Shown in pieces: positions 47,502-60,318 of a stretch of DNA of 64,000 nucleotides. How positions within the stretch are numbered: position 1 is the first letter of the stretch; every line of letters begins with the position of its first letter. The DNA lies in contig NW_003314265.1 in NCBI RefSeq assembly GCF_000143415.4, positions 882,405-946,404 on the forward strand. The letters run 5' to 3'. The stretch is from Selaginella moellendorffii (lineage: Eukaryota; Plantae; Lycopodiophyta). The notes below the pieces were generated by a model. That model ran no database searches, had not been told where the DNA came from, and was given only the letters and a program-made list of their open reading frames with translations. Both the position numbers and the translations under genes were made by a program.

Positions 47502-49697
47502 TCAAGCTGTCACCGCCGCGGGAGGAGCAGCAGGAGCGCCGCCAGCCGAGGACGAGGAGCTTCGATTGTAATTGGGGTTGTTGCTGTTGTTGGAACTGTT
47601 GCTGTTGTTGTTGTTGCCGCGGCTGACGTACCGGCGAGGAGGCCTCGAGTTTGGATAGCCGTGGTTGTTGCTGCTGCCAGTGTTGCTGCTGTTGGCTTGG
47701 TGGTGGTGGTGACCGGCGCTCGAGTTGCCACTGTTGGTAGCAGCATTGGTGGCGTTGGTGTTGGTGTAGTTATTGTTGTAGTTGTGGCCCTGGCTCTCGT
47801 ACCGCGGATGATATTCTTCGCTGTTGGAGCGACCACTATCTCGGCCACCGTCCCCTGGATTGTTGTTAGCGCTGTTGTATCCCCCGCGAGAGCCCCGGCC
47901 CCGGTTTCCCTGCTCGTAGTTCCTGTTGCCACCGCTGCCGCTGCCGCCACCGCCGCCGCCGCCACCACCGGCAGGAGCAGCGGTAGGAGGAGCGGGACCA
48001 GCAGCACCACGGTTGTAGTAGCCCCTGCCTCGAGACCCGTCATTTCGATTTCCCCTTCCCCGCCCCCCTGTTCGGTAGCCTGGCACGGTAGAGGACAAGG
48101 AAAGGAACATGTTACGGATTGACTCCATCAACCATAAAACAATACCTCTAGCGCTAAGCGGCCTCTTCTCCTCGATCATGACAGGCTTGCCGCTGATTTG
48201 AAACGAGCCGGAGGCCTGAATAATAACGATTACTGTTAGGAAACATTCAATGCAGCAATAATGTCACGGGCAACTACCTGGATCGCTGATCGTGCCGAGC
48301 TTGCATCTTCAAACTCGAGAAACGCGTAGCAAACATTGTTTTGCTGATAAAAAACAGGATTACTTGGTTGGCAGGAACTACAGAATAATTTTTTGCCTAT
48401 TTACCTTTTTGATATTAGTTCCCGGCTTTACAGTCCCAAATTTCTGGAACTCCTCCTCAAGTTGCGGAGTGGTGACGGACATTGGGAGGTTCTTGATGTA
48501 AATCGATTTTCCATCACCTGATCAACAAGACGATGGTTACCACTAGCCGCATGGTATTCACTGATCATACCTTGTGTGTCGGGAGCTGCAGCAGTCTCAT
48601 CGGTTGTTTCGATCGGCGGAGATACCACTGAACTTTCTTGCACCACTGTTTGAGGCACAGGTAACGCAGGTTTTTCAGCGGGAATTGACGGCGGAGGCTT
48701 CGGGACGTGTTGAAGAACATGCTGGACACTGTCACCGCCTCCGGCTTTGACAACCCTCAACTGCAGCATTGCCACTTACGCCCATTACATTCAAGAGAAG
48801 CTTTGTAAGTATCAACTTACGATTGATGCGTACGATTTCTTTGGCTCGTCTGGTTGCGATTGTGAATCCTCGATGTCCAGAACTTCGTCAGCATCCAAAG
48901 ATACGGCATTCTGGACAGTCTCCTCCACCAAAACCTCTTCGTCTGCATCTGGTATATCGTATCCCTCGTCTATTTGCTCTTCAGTAGCAACAGGCGTAGC
49001 CTCACTCACTTCCAAATGAGTAGTATCCGGAACTACACAGAGCACGAAACAGCTTAACGAAGGCACACAAATCGAAAAACAGAAGACAAACTTACCAGAC
49101 TCTGGAGTCGGAGAATGCTCTTGAGGACCATTCGCCACAACGTATGACATGGTCGAAACCTGCGGCTCGTCCAAATACCGGAAAATGTCGTTCAGTACGA
49201 AATAGCCCTTCTCCTGTGGTGCCAAGAAAAAGGTCTGGACAAAGTCGCGCCTTCCATTGGAGCGGTTTGACAGCGATCCAGTGACCATCACAAGAACCGA
49301 GCCAGAATACGAATCTTGACAGTCCACAGTCTTAATCTCAGCTCTGAGCCCGACGTAGTCTAGAGACATCACCTTCTCATGAATCCCCTGAGAACAAGAA
49401 CAAAAACAAAAAAAAAAGGAAAAAGAAAAACCACTCAATCCTCAGCTAGAGCCAGAGAAACGAGAAAGAATCGTACACTTTGTGAGAAGACAGTGTCCGC
49501 TTGGCCCTCTGGACCGGCTTCTGCTCGAGTGAGGCAGCTCGCATTGGTGTAAAACCGATGCACCACCTGTGGCGATTGGTGGAGCACATTGTAATATTGG
49601 TTGATGAACGAGTTCCCGACCTACATTCTCGCGTGAGAAAACACACAATCTCCCACCGCAGCAGCGAGCTTACCATTTGTGCGTGCGCCACCGCCAT
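47502..49697 (-). CDS. G3BP: G3BP-like NTF2 + RRM + RGG protein
   Basis: VGNSFINQYYNVLHQSP, VLVMVTGSL, FVQTFFLAPQEKGYFVLNDIFRY, KKSYASI, SIYIKNLP...YAFLEFED, and a C-terminal RGG/N-rich tail. Confidence 0.93.
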
Positions 49698-50352
49698 TGC
49701 CTGGAAATCCAAGAAATCCGCACACATTTCAAGCTCGCCCGCAGCGGAAAGAAGAGACAAAGAAGCGAGATTTCACCTGGAATTCGGCGCTAGATCGCTG
49801 CGGGAGCTGCGAGGCGCGCGATTATGACAAGGATGCCCGCCGCCAAGCCCTGCTCTCTCCCCAAGAACAGAAATGGGGCGATAACCCTAGGCGCTCAAAC
49901 CCTAACCAGAAGAGGGAAAAGTAAACCAGGTACTGAGGACAGCAAGATATATATATGAGCGGCGGGCGGCGGTAGTGGTGGAATATGCCCGCCAAAGAAC
50001 ACACAATTAAACATTAACACCTTGTCAGCTTCTCGGTTGGGCCGAGAGAATCTTTCGCGTGTGTGCGAGCACGAAATTTATATAAGGTCCAAACCATGTG
50101 AAATTTCCAAAGTATGTAACGTAAAGTATTGATATATTTTGTGAAAACCATATATACATCTCTTCGATTTCTTTAGGCTGAAACAAAGCAAAAGATAGAA
50201 AAGCGCGAGCTCCCACAAACTTCCTACAAGTTTCAAGGAAAACAGTACAATGGTTAGTTTGATTCAGTAGCAGTGGTAAAGAGAAAACCTCTACATCTTC
50301 GGCCGATCGATCTCCAAGAACAAAAAAAAAAGCCTTGCATCGTTCGCCAGGA

Positions 50353-50369
50353 TCAGTAGTTCCAGCTCG

Positions 50370-50401
<32 letters not shown>

Positions 50402-53359
50402 TGCTGTTGCTGCTGCTGCTGCTGGATCCGTTGTAGCTGTTGGTGATAATTAGTGGCTCCAACTTGGGTGCTCCCGGCAGCACCGCCCAAAGGTTGAGGC
50501 TGTTGGATCACCTGGTGAGCGCTCCCGGCAGGCCCCGGCTGGTGGTACAAGCTCGTGTAGCCGTTTATCGGATGCGTGTGGCTGCTCGGTTGCGTGTACG
50601 TGTGCTGGTTTTGGCTGGACAAGGCGTAGAACGAGCTCGTCTGTTGTGCCGCCGCTATGTCGTTTGTCAGTTGCCACAGCCTTGCACCGTCTCCCTGTCG
50701 AGAAAAAAACCATCTCTACATGAATGAAAACGAATGGAAACACTCGGCACCTGTGGACCGGGGACGTAAAGGTTGCTGTCCTTGTATTGAGCAGCGCTGC
50801 CATCCTCGTACCCGGGCGTGTTTGAGGCCGTTGCCGTCGGATTTGCCGCGTACATTGACGACGCAGTGCCGTATCCGCCGTAGCCTCCAGTGGGAGCATT
50901 GGCTGTGGCACTCCCTGGCTTGTATTGAGGTAGCGTGTACTTCATGGCGGGGGCGTAATTAGCTGATGGTGAGTAACTGCTGACTGGGGGCTGTGGATAA
51001 TTAGCTGCGTAGCTGTGCTGATATGGCGAAGGCACGAAGGTGTAGCTCGGGTACTGGTATCCGAAAACGTTGCCATAGTGACCCACTGGCATACCGGTTG
51101 GCTGAGCCGGGTAAGCGTGAACTTGAAGCGGTTGCTGAGGAGCTGTAGGCGCACTTGCCTGTGGCACTTGAGACACTGTGCTACTGGTTGACAAGGCAGT
51201 GGAATTGGATGCCTGAAAACAAACGATTAAACATAAGGAATCAATCATAGCAAACTGCGGTATAGTACCTCGTGAGCTGGAAGGTGTTGAGCAGACATCA
51301 CTACTCCTCCATTGTACTTCGCGGCAGAACTGTATTGCGCATAACGGGCGTCAGCGTCAGAACCAGGCCGAAGAGATGGCGAGTAAAAACTCGTAGCAGA
51401 ATCCGCGTATTGCTGCTTCTGTAAAAATAAAAAGTCAAGACCAGAAAATATCAATTGATGCGACTCACCAGTGAAGTTGGAACACTGGACATGTCTTGAA
51501 GATGAGGGACTTGCGAGTCAAAACTGTGTTGGCCACTGGGAACCTGAGAAACCATCCCAATACTTGTAGTGTAGTTTGGTGCCGACGGCAGATACGGGTA
51601 TTGTGGAGCTTGTTGAGTCGACCGCAATTTCGTGACGTCGACCTGTGTATAGGTGGCAGGAATACTAGCTGAAGTCGCGTTCTCTCTTTGAACAGGTATG
51701 TCATCATCCTGATGCAAAGGGGTTTCATCAGGAGCCACGGCATCCACTCTGCACGAAAACCATCAGTAGACATAAAGATAGAAGGAAACAGCGACGAGTT
51801 TCTTACCCAGAAGGTGACTGCTCACGCAGGATATCCTTGGCCACGGACGCTTCAGAAGAGCCAGAGATGTCGAGACCATCCTCCGAACTGAAACCAGAAG
51901 GAAGAGAAGAACCAAGGGGCTCACCAAAGCTACCAAAACTAAGGCCCAAATCTCCCTGAGACTGAAAGTTGTTAGGCATTATTACTTGCTGCTCATCACG
52001 GGCCGAAAGATTTTGGAACTTCGCTGCAACAGACAACACCTCAGCCTCAGAGATATCCGAAGCTGGGGCCTCTGTCAGAACCCTCTCCAGAGAGTTTAGT
52101 CCAGACGCCGTGACAGCTTCTTGAGCCCCTACTTTTGGCTTCCACTCCATGTTGGGTCCAGTAGCTGTTATAACCGAGATCAGCGCTCTGAAACAAAAAC
52201 CAAGAGCAAAGGAGAAGCTTACTTTTATTTACAGACTGTTGTTGCTGATACGCAGGCCTTCCATTTCCAAGTGCTGCCGATCGATATCCAGAAGTCTCCC
52301 GAGCTCCTGTATCTGGAAACTTGTTCGTCTCTTGGAGTCCAGGAGGACTACCGGACCGATCATCTTGCAGGTGAGGCGGCGAAGGCAATCCACCGCCTGG
52401 AACCGATGCCGCCGACCTGTCGCCTATAGGCTTCTCACGCCTGATAACCCGTTGGTCAGGAAAAGGATGATGCACAGGATCACTGGACGAGTACATTCCG
52501 GAAGACGAGAACTGCTGTCCGGTACCCGCTGTTAACATATTAGGTGGGAGGTGTGGCCCGTTGCTGGTGCTGGACTTTAGCATCTCGGCCATTGTCGCGT
52601 GACCAGAGATTTTACTCCACGACCCATGCGTGACCAGTCCCGTTGACGAGGAGTACTGCACGGATCCATTCGGAAGTACAGGAGTAGCTGCGCTCCTGTA
52701 ACTCGAGATTTAACGCCATGCCGCTAGAGGAGGAAGAGAGTTTTTCTCTAGAACTCACCCAGACTGTGGAGCCGAAGGAACAGGCGCATGGTTTCCATTT
52801 TCCTTGGAAGGCAGAGCCTTGCCACGACCATTCGACTCTGGAAACACACACGCAGACATCAGCTTTCGTTCCAAGAACCGAGAGAGGACTACCGTTTTGA
52901 GAGTGGCGCGTGAGTCTTCCAGATCCTCTCCCGCCCCTGTAAGCTGTCGTGCCTCTCGATCTACCATCGCCCAAGTCTTTGCTGCCGGCAGGAGCCTGCG
53001 AGAGGGCGTGAGACAATGCAGATACCCAAAAGAGAGACGAGAACACACCTCTTTCTTCTTGTCCCTCTTGCGTTTCACTTCGTGGAAGGTATCTGCGCGA
53101 AGGAAGGATATGAGAGAATGTTTTGAGCTAGAGAGGCACTGGATGCTTTACCTTGGCTCATGAGCCGCTGAGCCGTCTCGTTAGGGTCCATGTTACACTC
53201 CTTGAGCGTCGCGAAAATCTCCTCCTCGCCGTGCCCTACCCCGACCACTTCTTTGAGGTTCTGGACGACCTTGCGCGCGCTGGCTGGGATGGCCGCCGCT
53301 GGAGCCGCGGCCGCCGCTGCCGGCGTCGCCGACGATGACGATCCTCGAGCGCCGCTCAT
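50353..53359 (-). CDS. GBF-interacting protein 1-like (DUF1296, UBA-like) low-complexity protein
   Basis: IPASARKVVQNLKEVV...EIFATLKECNMDPNETAQRLMSQDTFHEVKRKRDKKKE, WKPK, LSFGSFG, and a Y/P/Q-rich C-terminus ending QQQ..PSWNY. Confidence 0.88.
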
Positions 53360-53623
53360 CTCTCTGCGCTAATCGCCACGCCCTAGTGCGTCAATCCCTC
53401 GTGCTCTTAGCAGCAGTAGCGATCAATCCCTCTCCCTCCTTCGATTTCTCCTCTCCGGCACAGAAAACCTTAGTACTCTCAACGACTACGGAGGAACCCT
53501 AGAACGAATAGCGGCTGGTTTTATTTGTCTTTGCCCTTTTGGAATAGGGTTTATGGTTTCCAGGCGGTCAACGATCGATTCGCGATGTGAGTGAGGATTC
53601 CACCAGCAGCATCGCAGCGAGCC

Positions 53624-55674
53624 ATGGATCTGGGAGAGGCGAATTACGCGCCGCTTAGCCCGCTTGTGTTCCTGGAGCGCGCGGCTCAAATCCATCCCCA
53701 GCGTCCGGCCGTGATCTACAATTCTCGGCGGTTTACCTGGTCTCAGGAGCTCCAGCGCTGCAGGAGGCTGGCATCGGCACTGCGAAGACGAGGCATTGGC
53801 CCTGGCGATGTTGTAAGTGCCTCTCCTTGTTCCCGTGACGTGATAGGCAAATCATAGATTCCAAGAAATTGGTTGGCTTGTTTGGAAGGAGAAGAAGTTT
53901 TTCTTGTTTTGCAAGATCCATGGCTTGTTTGTTTCTAGATTGAGGGTGGTTTTTTTCTATAGGAAGCAGAAGGCTGATGGATCGTTTTTCTTGTTTTGCA
54001 AAATCCGTGCGTTGATTTGCACGATCCATGGCTTGTTTGTTTCTAGTGAGGACTGATGGAAAAGTTTTTTCTTGTTTTGCAAGGTTGCTGTGGTGGCTCC
54101 CAATGTTCCTGCCATGTACGAGGTCCAGTTTGGAGTTCCCATGGCCTCGGCCGTGCTCAATTGCGTCAACATCCGCCTAGACCAGCGCACCGTCGCGACG
54201 CTCTTCCATTACTCCGGCGTGAAAGCTGTTCTTGTTGACGAGGAGTTTCTCCACCTGATTAGCGGTGCTTTACGTGACTGGACAGCGAAAGCAGGGACCT
54301 TGTTCCAAGCTCCCTTCGTGGTGGTGATAAGAGACGAGTTTTTCCAAGGCATGGAGAATTCGTGGCCTCCCGGCAGCAGCGACTACGAAGATTTTCTCCG
54401 GGAAGGGGATCCAAGTTTCGAGTGGACCAGGCCAGAGGATGAGACCGAGACTATCTCCGTGTCCTACACGTCAGGAACTACTGCTAGCCCGAAAGGCGTC
54501 ATGCTTACACACCGTGGAGCCTATCTCTCGGCTCTAAGCGAGTGCGTGACTTGGGAGATGAAGCACGGTTGCATCTATCTCTGGACTCTCCCGCTCTTCC
54601 ATTGCAACGGGTGGTGCTTTCCTTGGGCAGTGGCAGCTCTGGCCGGGACCAACATATGTCTTCGCCAGGTTTGCTTTTCCTCGTTTCTCTTCATTTACGC
54701 TCGTATATCAGTAAAGTTCCTCGTGTCCACAGGTGACGGCCAAAGGAATCTTTGCCGCCATTGCCGAGCACAACGTGACCAACTTTTGCGCTGCTCCCAC
54801 GGTGCTCAACACGATCATAAGTGCGGCAACGGGCTCAACGTTCTCGCGGCTCCAACACAGGCAAGTCAGGATAATGACCGCGGGTGCGGCTCCTCCGGCA
54901 ACAGTCCTGGCTAAAATCGAAGCTCTCGGGTTTCATGTGACTCACGTCTACGGGCTCACGGAAACATATGGTCCATGCACTGTGTGCGAGTGGAATCCCG
55001 AATGGGACAACCTTTCGCCCGATGAGCAGGCCAGGCTAAAGGCTCGGCAGGGCGTGAAATACGTCGGCCTCGACGGCTTACAGGTGCTCAACTCGGAAAC
55101 TCTGGAACCGGTTGCCAAGGACGGTGTCACCATTGGCGAAGTTTGCATGCGCGGGAACATGGTGTTCAAGGGCTACTTGAACAATCCAGAGGCGACGCTG
55201 GAGAGCTTTAGAGGAGGATGGTTCCACTCCGGGGACCTGGCAGTTTGGCATCCCGATGGATACATCGAGATCAAGGATCGAGCCAAGGATATTATCATTT
55301 CTGGAGGTGAGAACATTAGCAGCCTGGAAGTGGAGAGCATCTTGTACAGGTAAAAGAAGAGTTATTTCTTGCTTGTTTCTCATTTCGTTTTTTCTTCCAG
55401 GCATCCAGCAGTGCTAGAAGCTGCTGTGGTGGCGCGGCCAGACGAGAAGTGGGGCGAGTCTCCATGCGCGTTTGTGTCTCTCAAGTACGGCGTGAGGAGC
55501 AACGAGGAGGAGATACTCTCGTTCTGTCGACAGCATTTGCCAAAGTTCATGGTGCCAAAGAGCGTCGTCATTCTCGCGGCCTTGGACAAAACCGCGACTG
55601 GCAAGATCCAGAAACAGGTGCTGCGCAGCAAAGCAAGAGCTCTTGGCAGCGTCAAGCAAATCAGCAAGCTCTAA
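53624..55674 (+). CDS. Peroxisomal acyl-activating enzyme (short-chain acyl-CoA ligase clade)
   Basis: [69 protein letters not shown]; ends in SKL (PTS1). Confidence 0.95.
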
Positions 55675-55712
55675 AAGCCAACTGGATTGAACTTGGTAAG
55701 GCTTGAAATCGT

Positions 55713-58496
55713 TCACGGCCTGGAAAATCCCCAGTTTAGCTTGGCAATTTTAAACCGGTCAGCTACTGTTCCGTCCGTTGTAATGTACTGGAATGAAAAA
55801 TACAAAAGTAACATGCAAGAACCAAGAATGCAATTCATCTACCTCAAAGAGTAGCTTTTTCTTATCGGCTGTCACTCTTGCATATCCAAATGCCGACCTT
55901 CGAATCAAGCTCCATGAACTAAACTGTCGACAAAAAATATAGAAAAGGTAGAATATCAATACCATGTAAAGAGCTTGAACAGAAATAAATAATAGGAAAC
56001 AAAGCTGCAAGCTTACATTACGAGGGAAGTCATCCAGGCTGAATCCGGCCATACCAACCACGGCGTGAACTGGAGCCGAGTAAATTGTAGTGTCAAAGAA
56101 ATCAACGCCCGCTAAATCCTTGATCGGATGCTGCAGGCAGCGGCCCTGAAACACAGCACAAGTTCGCTCGTAGTTGTGAACATGTCCCCACACTGCTAAA
56201 TCAACCTGTGCAAAAAAAATAAAAAGACAGTTTCATTATAGTTTTTCCTTTGAAGAGCTCGTGTTTTACCTTGTTTCTCAAGAGCAATGGTTCCACAGCT
56301 GCTACAAATTTCGGATCCACACCTGGTAGAAGTTTAGAAATAATTCCCGGCAGTTGAGTGGAGTACATAGGTCGATGACTGAAAGGAAAATAGCACACAT
56401 GGGTTTACAGAATGAAAATGTGGATAAAAACAGTTACCCTGTGAAAACTATCCATGGTGTACTGAATCTGTCGACAGATTCAAGGTCGGATTTCATCCAA
56501 GCGTACTGTAGAAGAAGGTTTCCTTGGAGTAAACATGAAAACGAATAAGAATGCATACTTGTTCGCTGGTCGAGCTCCAGTCGTGTTCTGTGGAGATGAC
56601 TGTGAAATGCACGGGACCGATGGCGATTGAGTACCACGGCTTGTCGATGTCTTGGACAGGCATCCGGAAGTAAGATCGATATGGGACCCCACACTCGCCA
56701 CCCGAGTCTGGAGTGCTATACATGGATCCCGAGCCTGGATAATCTCTGAAAACCCACACAAGTCAATCTATAAGTTTTCGTAAACCTTTATTAGTACCTC
56801 TCGTGGTTTCCAATTGCTGTCATGTAGGCAGTCTTCGATGCTACTGGCTCGATCATCTCCAGGAAATGGTCCCATTCCGCAAGGAATCCGGTAGCATAGC
56901 TCAAGTCTCCAATGTGGAAAATCGCATCTACGGTTTCATTTGCCATGGCATCAATAACTTGCAGTGCTCCAGGCTGCAAGAAAATAAAAAAATCGGGAGC
57001 GCAAAGATGTAAGACTTTTGGAGATTTAACTTACTTGAATGTAATGCTCCAAGCTGCCATCTCGTTCGGCCTTTCCCATGTCTCCAAAGATTAGAAACTT
57101 CGTACCGTATGCTCCTCCAGCCGGAGGAGTAGTGAACATTTTCAAGTTGGACCAGCCAGAATTATCGCTGCAAATAAATGGCTAAAAATTAAATATAAAA
57201 AGAAGCTTCCTTACCTTCCATACCGATACGAGTATCTTGTACCAGGCCTAAGATTTTGCATTCGTGCAATGTGTATGAAACCAGGATCGTGCCAACCGAA
57301 GTCCTTAGCTGGTCCCGGGACAGCATCTACAGCGGAAAAAGAAAATCAAAATATAAAAGGAAGCCAAGAGAAAAATAGAAATCGACATCATACCACACAA
57401 ATCTCCTATTTGAAAACTTGTCACTTCATCCATGGATTTCCGACCGTGATCAAACTCCACGTAGTGGATATCGAAGGACCTGCTGACCCACGCCAATACC
57501 ATCTAGCAGTAAAAACAAAAAAAGGTTATATCAACAACGCATCCAATCTTTGAAAACTTACAGATGTGCCCGAGGAATCCTCCAGAGAAAGATGGCCATA
57601 CAGTGGAAAATTTGGCGCTGCAAAGGGTAGAGTCTGCGACACCTTGAGAATGCAGGGGACTGCAAGGCCCCCACTGAAGAGCACAAAGGTGACGTCGGTC
57701 CTTATGTTGATAAGACGGAAAGATACAGATCCAGAGCACGTCTTCACGGCACACTGCTTGCCAGCACAAGTCTTGTTTGAGCAGATCAAGTATCCAGGAT
57801 CACTAGACAAGAATTTGAACTGCAAAATCGAAAGTCTTAAGAAAAGAAAGAGAAAAGAAATTACAAAATCTCACCTTTAGAGGATAGTCACACAGCAAAG
57901 GCAAGCTGGCTATATCACCTGTTTGAGAATATAAGACTGCCTTGGCGGGGCAATCAGAGTAGCTGCCAAAAAAGAAAAAAGAGAACTTTCAGTTGATTAG
58001 CTCACTCAATCCACGCGAATTTTGACAGCAAAACAGAGCCAAGATCCAAAAATAAAAGGACAAGACCTGTAAAAGAGTTCCTGGAAAAACACGGGTTGCT
58101 AGTACGAGTCATTTTCTATCAACTCGCACTACACCAAAGAGGTACAAAACAAAAAACAAGATAAAAACCAAAGAAAGCAAAGAAAGAACGCAAACTGAGG
58201 TCCACTTACTTGTGAGTTGCGGACGAGAATACTCCAATCCAATCGCTGGCACTCGGCTGAAGAACACCACTCACGGTCGCCACCACTGTTTGAACATTCG
58301 CAAGCGGCCCTGCGGTGTCAAGCGTGAAGTTGAGATACGGATTTGGATCCCGGCATTCCAGCAGTGTCCGCCTGGTGATAGAACCGAAGGCAGAGTTCCG
58401 ATGATCCAGTCGAGCAGAAGGAGCTTGCAAAGACGAGACCAGCGACAGCAGCACAACTGCAAGCCCAAGAGAGATACCGGAACTCAGCTGAGCCAT
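55713..58496 (-). CDS. Secreted purple acid phosphatase, large nucleotide-pyrophosphatase (PAP1/24/27-like) type
   Basis: Signal peptide, YPLK, FGWHDPGFIH, FGDMG, HIGDLSY, GNHE, GGECGV, HRPMY, GHVHNYERTC; last exon ends ...GFSRP*. Confidence 0.93.
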
Positions 58497-58842
58497 CTTC
58501 GTCGAAGGAAGAGTTGAAAATCCACTACTGGCAACTCGGGTGGTGGAGAGTCCTTTTAAGCCTGCTGCCTGTCTGCTGTACTGATCCAGCCCGTGAGCTT
58601 GAGACTGCTTACTATAAAAAAAATTCCCGGATCTGGATTAATCTTGCACTTGTCATTACATCAGCGCCAATCCCCTCTGCTAACAAGAGCAAAAGTTGGC
58701 GGAGCAAAACTGGAATTTTACTAAGAGAGACCTGTGCGAGCGCATTCCGCCATAGCAACCTGGAAGTTGCAAAGCGACCCAAGAGGAGAGTCATGTAAGC
58801 ATGGAAGCAAACCGCCAAAGATAGAAGAAAAGACCTGTGTAG

Positions 58843-60318
58843 TCACGCGTGCTCGTAGTGACGAAGCCTGAAGAGCAAAACCTTCCCCGCGGCGTTTCCT
58901 GCTGCTAGATATCCGCTCCCGGGGCTAAAGTCGAGCGAGTGCACGTACTGCAAGCCCGTCTTCGGCGTCGGCCAGTTGGAGAAGACCGTGAAGGAAGGGA
59001 CGTGAACGAGCCTCACCGCGTCCTTCTTCATTCTCGAGCACATCGCGAGGATCTGGCCGTCGTGGTTGAACTTCAAGGTGTCCGCCGCCGTCGTCAAGTT
59101 CATCAGCGTCTTGACGGGCCTGGCGGCGGCACCACCGCTCGCGAGTCCCTGGTACTTGTAGACGTTGACAACCCCGCTGGAAGATCCCGTGGAGAAGTAC
59201 TCGTTTGCTGCCGGGGACACGCACAGCGCCGTGTTGTTGACACAGCCATCGTCCCTGATCTTGTACAAGCACCTCCTGGTGCTCAAGTCCCAGCAGTAGA
59301 CTTCCCCGTCGCCGCCACAGCTGAGAAGCTGGCGACCATCGTTCGCAAACGCCAGCGATCGCACGGAGCCATTCATCTTCAGCGTTCCAATGAGCTGCTT
59401 CGTTCCAAGCGAGCTCAAAAGGATGTACCCCTCGTTCCCGATGAAAGCCACCACCTTGCTATCCGGAGAGACCTCGAAGCTCTCCAGGCTTTGCTCGTCT
59501 CTCCCGACCGGAGGCATCACCTTCTCCACCTTGGCGTGAGCAAGATCATACAAGACGTACATCTTCCTCCGCGAGGAAGCCACGACTTTGGATCCGTCGG
59601 GCACGAAGCTCGCCTTGTGGACGGGGAAGTTGTCCAGGAAGACGCTCTGGATCTTGGGATTCTTCTTGCCATCGATCTGGAAGAAGCGCAGCCTCTTGTC
59701 AAACCCGGCCGTCATCAAAATCTGGCCATTCCTGTGGAACTCCACGGACCTCACCACTGCGCTGGAAGGCTCATCGGCATTTCCATCCTTGAGCCTCGAC
59801 ACTTCGATCAATCCCTGCGGCAACCGGACCTTGCTCTTCACGACTAGCTCATCGTTTTCTCGAAGAATTCTCGTGTGATCTTCGTCCTCGTCCTCCTCCA
59901 CATCGGAATCAAGCTCCGAATCAAAATTCTTTCTCTTCTTCTTCTCCGATGGAAGCGCTGCCCAGTCGGTCCCCGGATTGAGCTTCGCGTGCTGTGCCCT
60001 CAACCCAGCAACATACTCCGCCGCCGACACAGCCTTGCCCTCTTTCACCTGGATTTCGCTATCTTCCTCGTCGATCCATGCCGGCTTCCTCTCACATTCT
60101 TCCGCGGCCGGCTCCTCCCCGGCATCGATCCCTAGCACATCCCTCCGAAATCCATCGCCTACCTCGTTCTCCTTGCCCAGACCCTCTGCCGCATTCTCGA
60201 GCGCTCCAAACAGCAATCCGTGCAGCCGTTCAGCCTCCTGGAGATCGCTGTCCTTGAGCCCAGTGTCATTGAGCGACGGCCCCTTCCGCCTCTTCTTCTT
60301 CTTCTCGCTGGCCGCCAT
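58843..60318 (-). CDS. UTP18: U3 snoRNA-associated protein 18 (WD40), intronless
   Basis: KPAWIDEED, RLKDGN, FQIDGKKNPKIQS, LKMNG, GSSSGVVNVY, VHVPSFTVFSNWP, FSPGSGYLAAGN; telo-box AAACCCTAA at 60331-60339. Confidence 0.95.
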   Translation of the reverse strand: MAASEKKKKRRKGPSLNDTGLKDSDLQEAERLHGLLFGALENAAEGLGKENEVGDGFRRDVLGIDAGEEPAAEECERKPAWIDEEDSEIQVKEGKAVSAAEYVAGLRAQHAKLNPGTDWAALPSEKKKRKNFDSELDSDVEEDEDEDHTRILRENDELVVKSKVRLPQGLIEVSRLKDGNADEPSSAVVRSVEFHRNGQILMTAGFDKRLRFFQIDGKKNPKIQSVFLDNFPVHKASFVPDGSKVVASSRRKMYVLYDLAHAKVEKVMPPVGRDEQSLESFEVSPDSKVVAFIGNEGYILLSSLGTKQLIGTLKMNGSVRSLAFANDGRQLLSCGGDGEVYCWDLSTRRCLYKIRDDGCVNNTALCVSPAANEYFSTGSSSGVVNVYKYQGLASGGAAARPVKTLMNLTTAADTLKFNHDGQILAMCSRMKKDAVRLVHVPSFTVFSNWPTPKTGLQYVHSLDFSPGSGYLAAGNAAGKVLLFRLRHYEHA

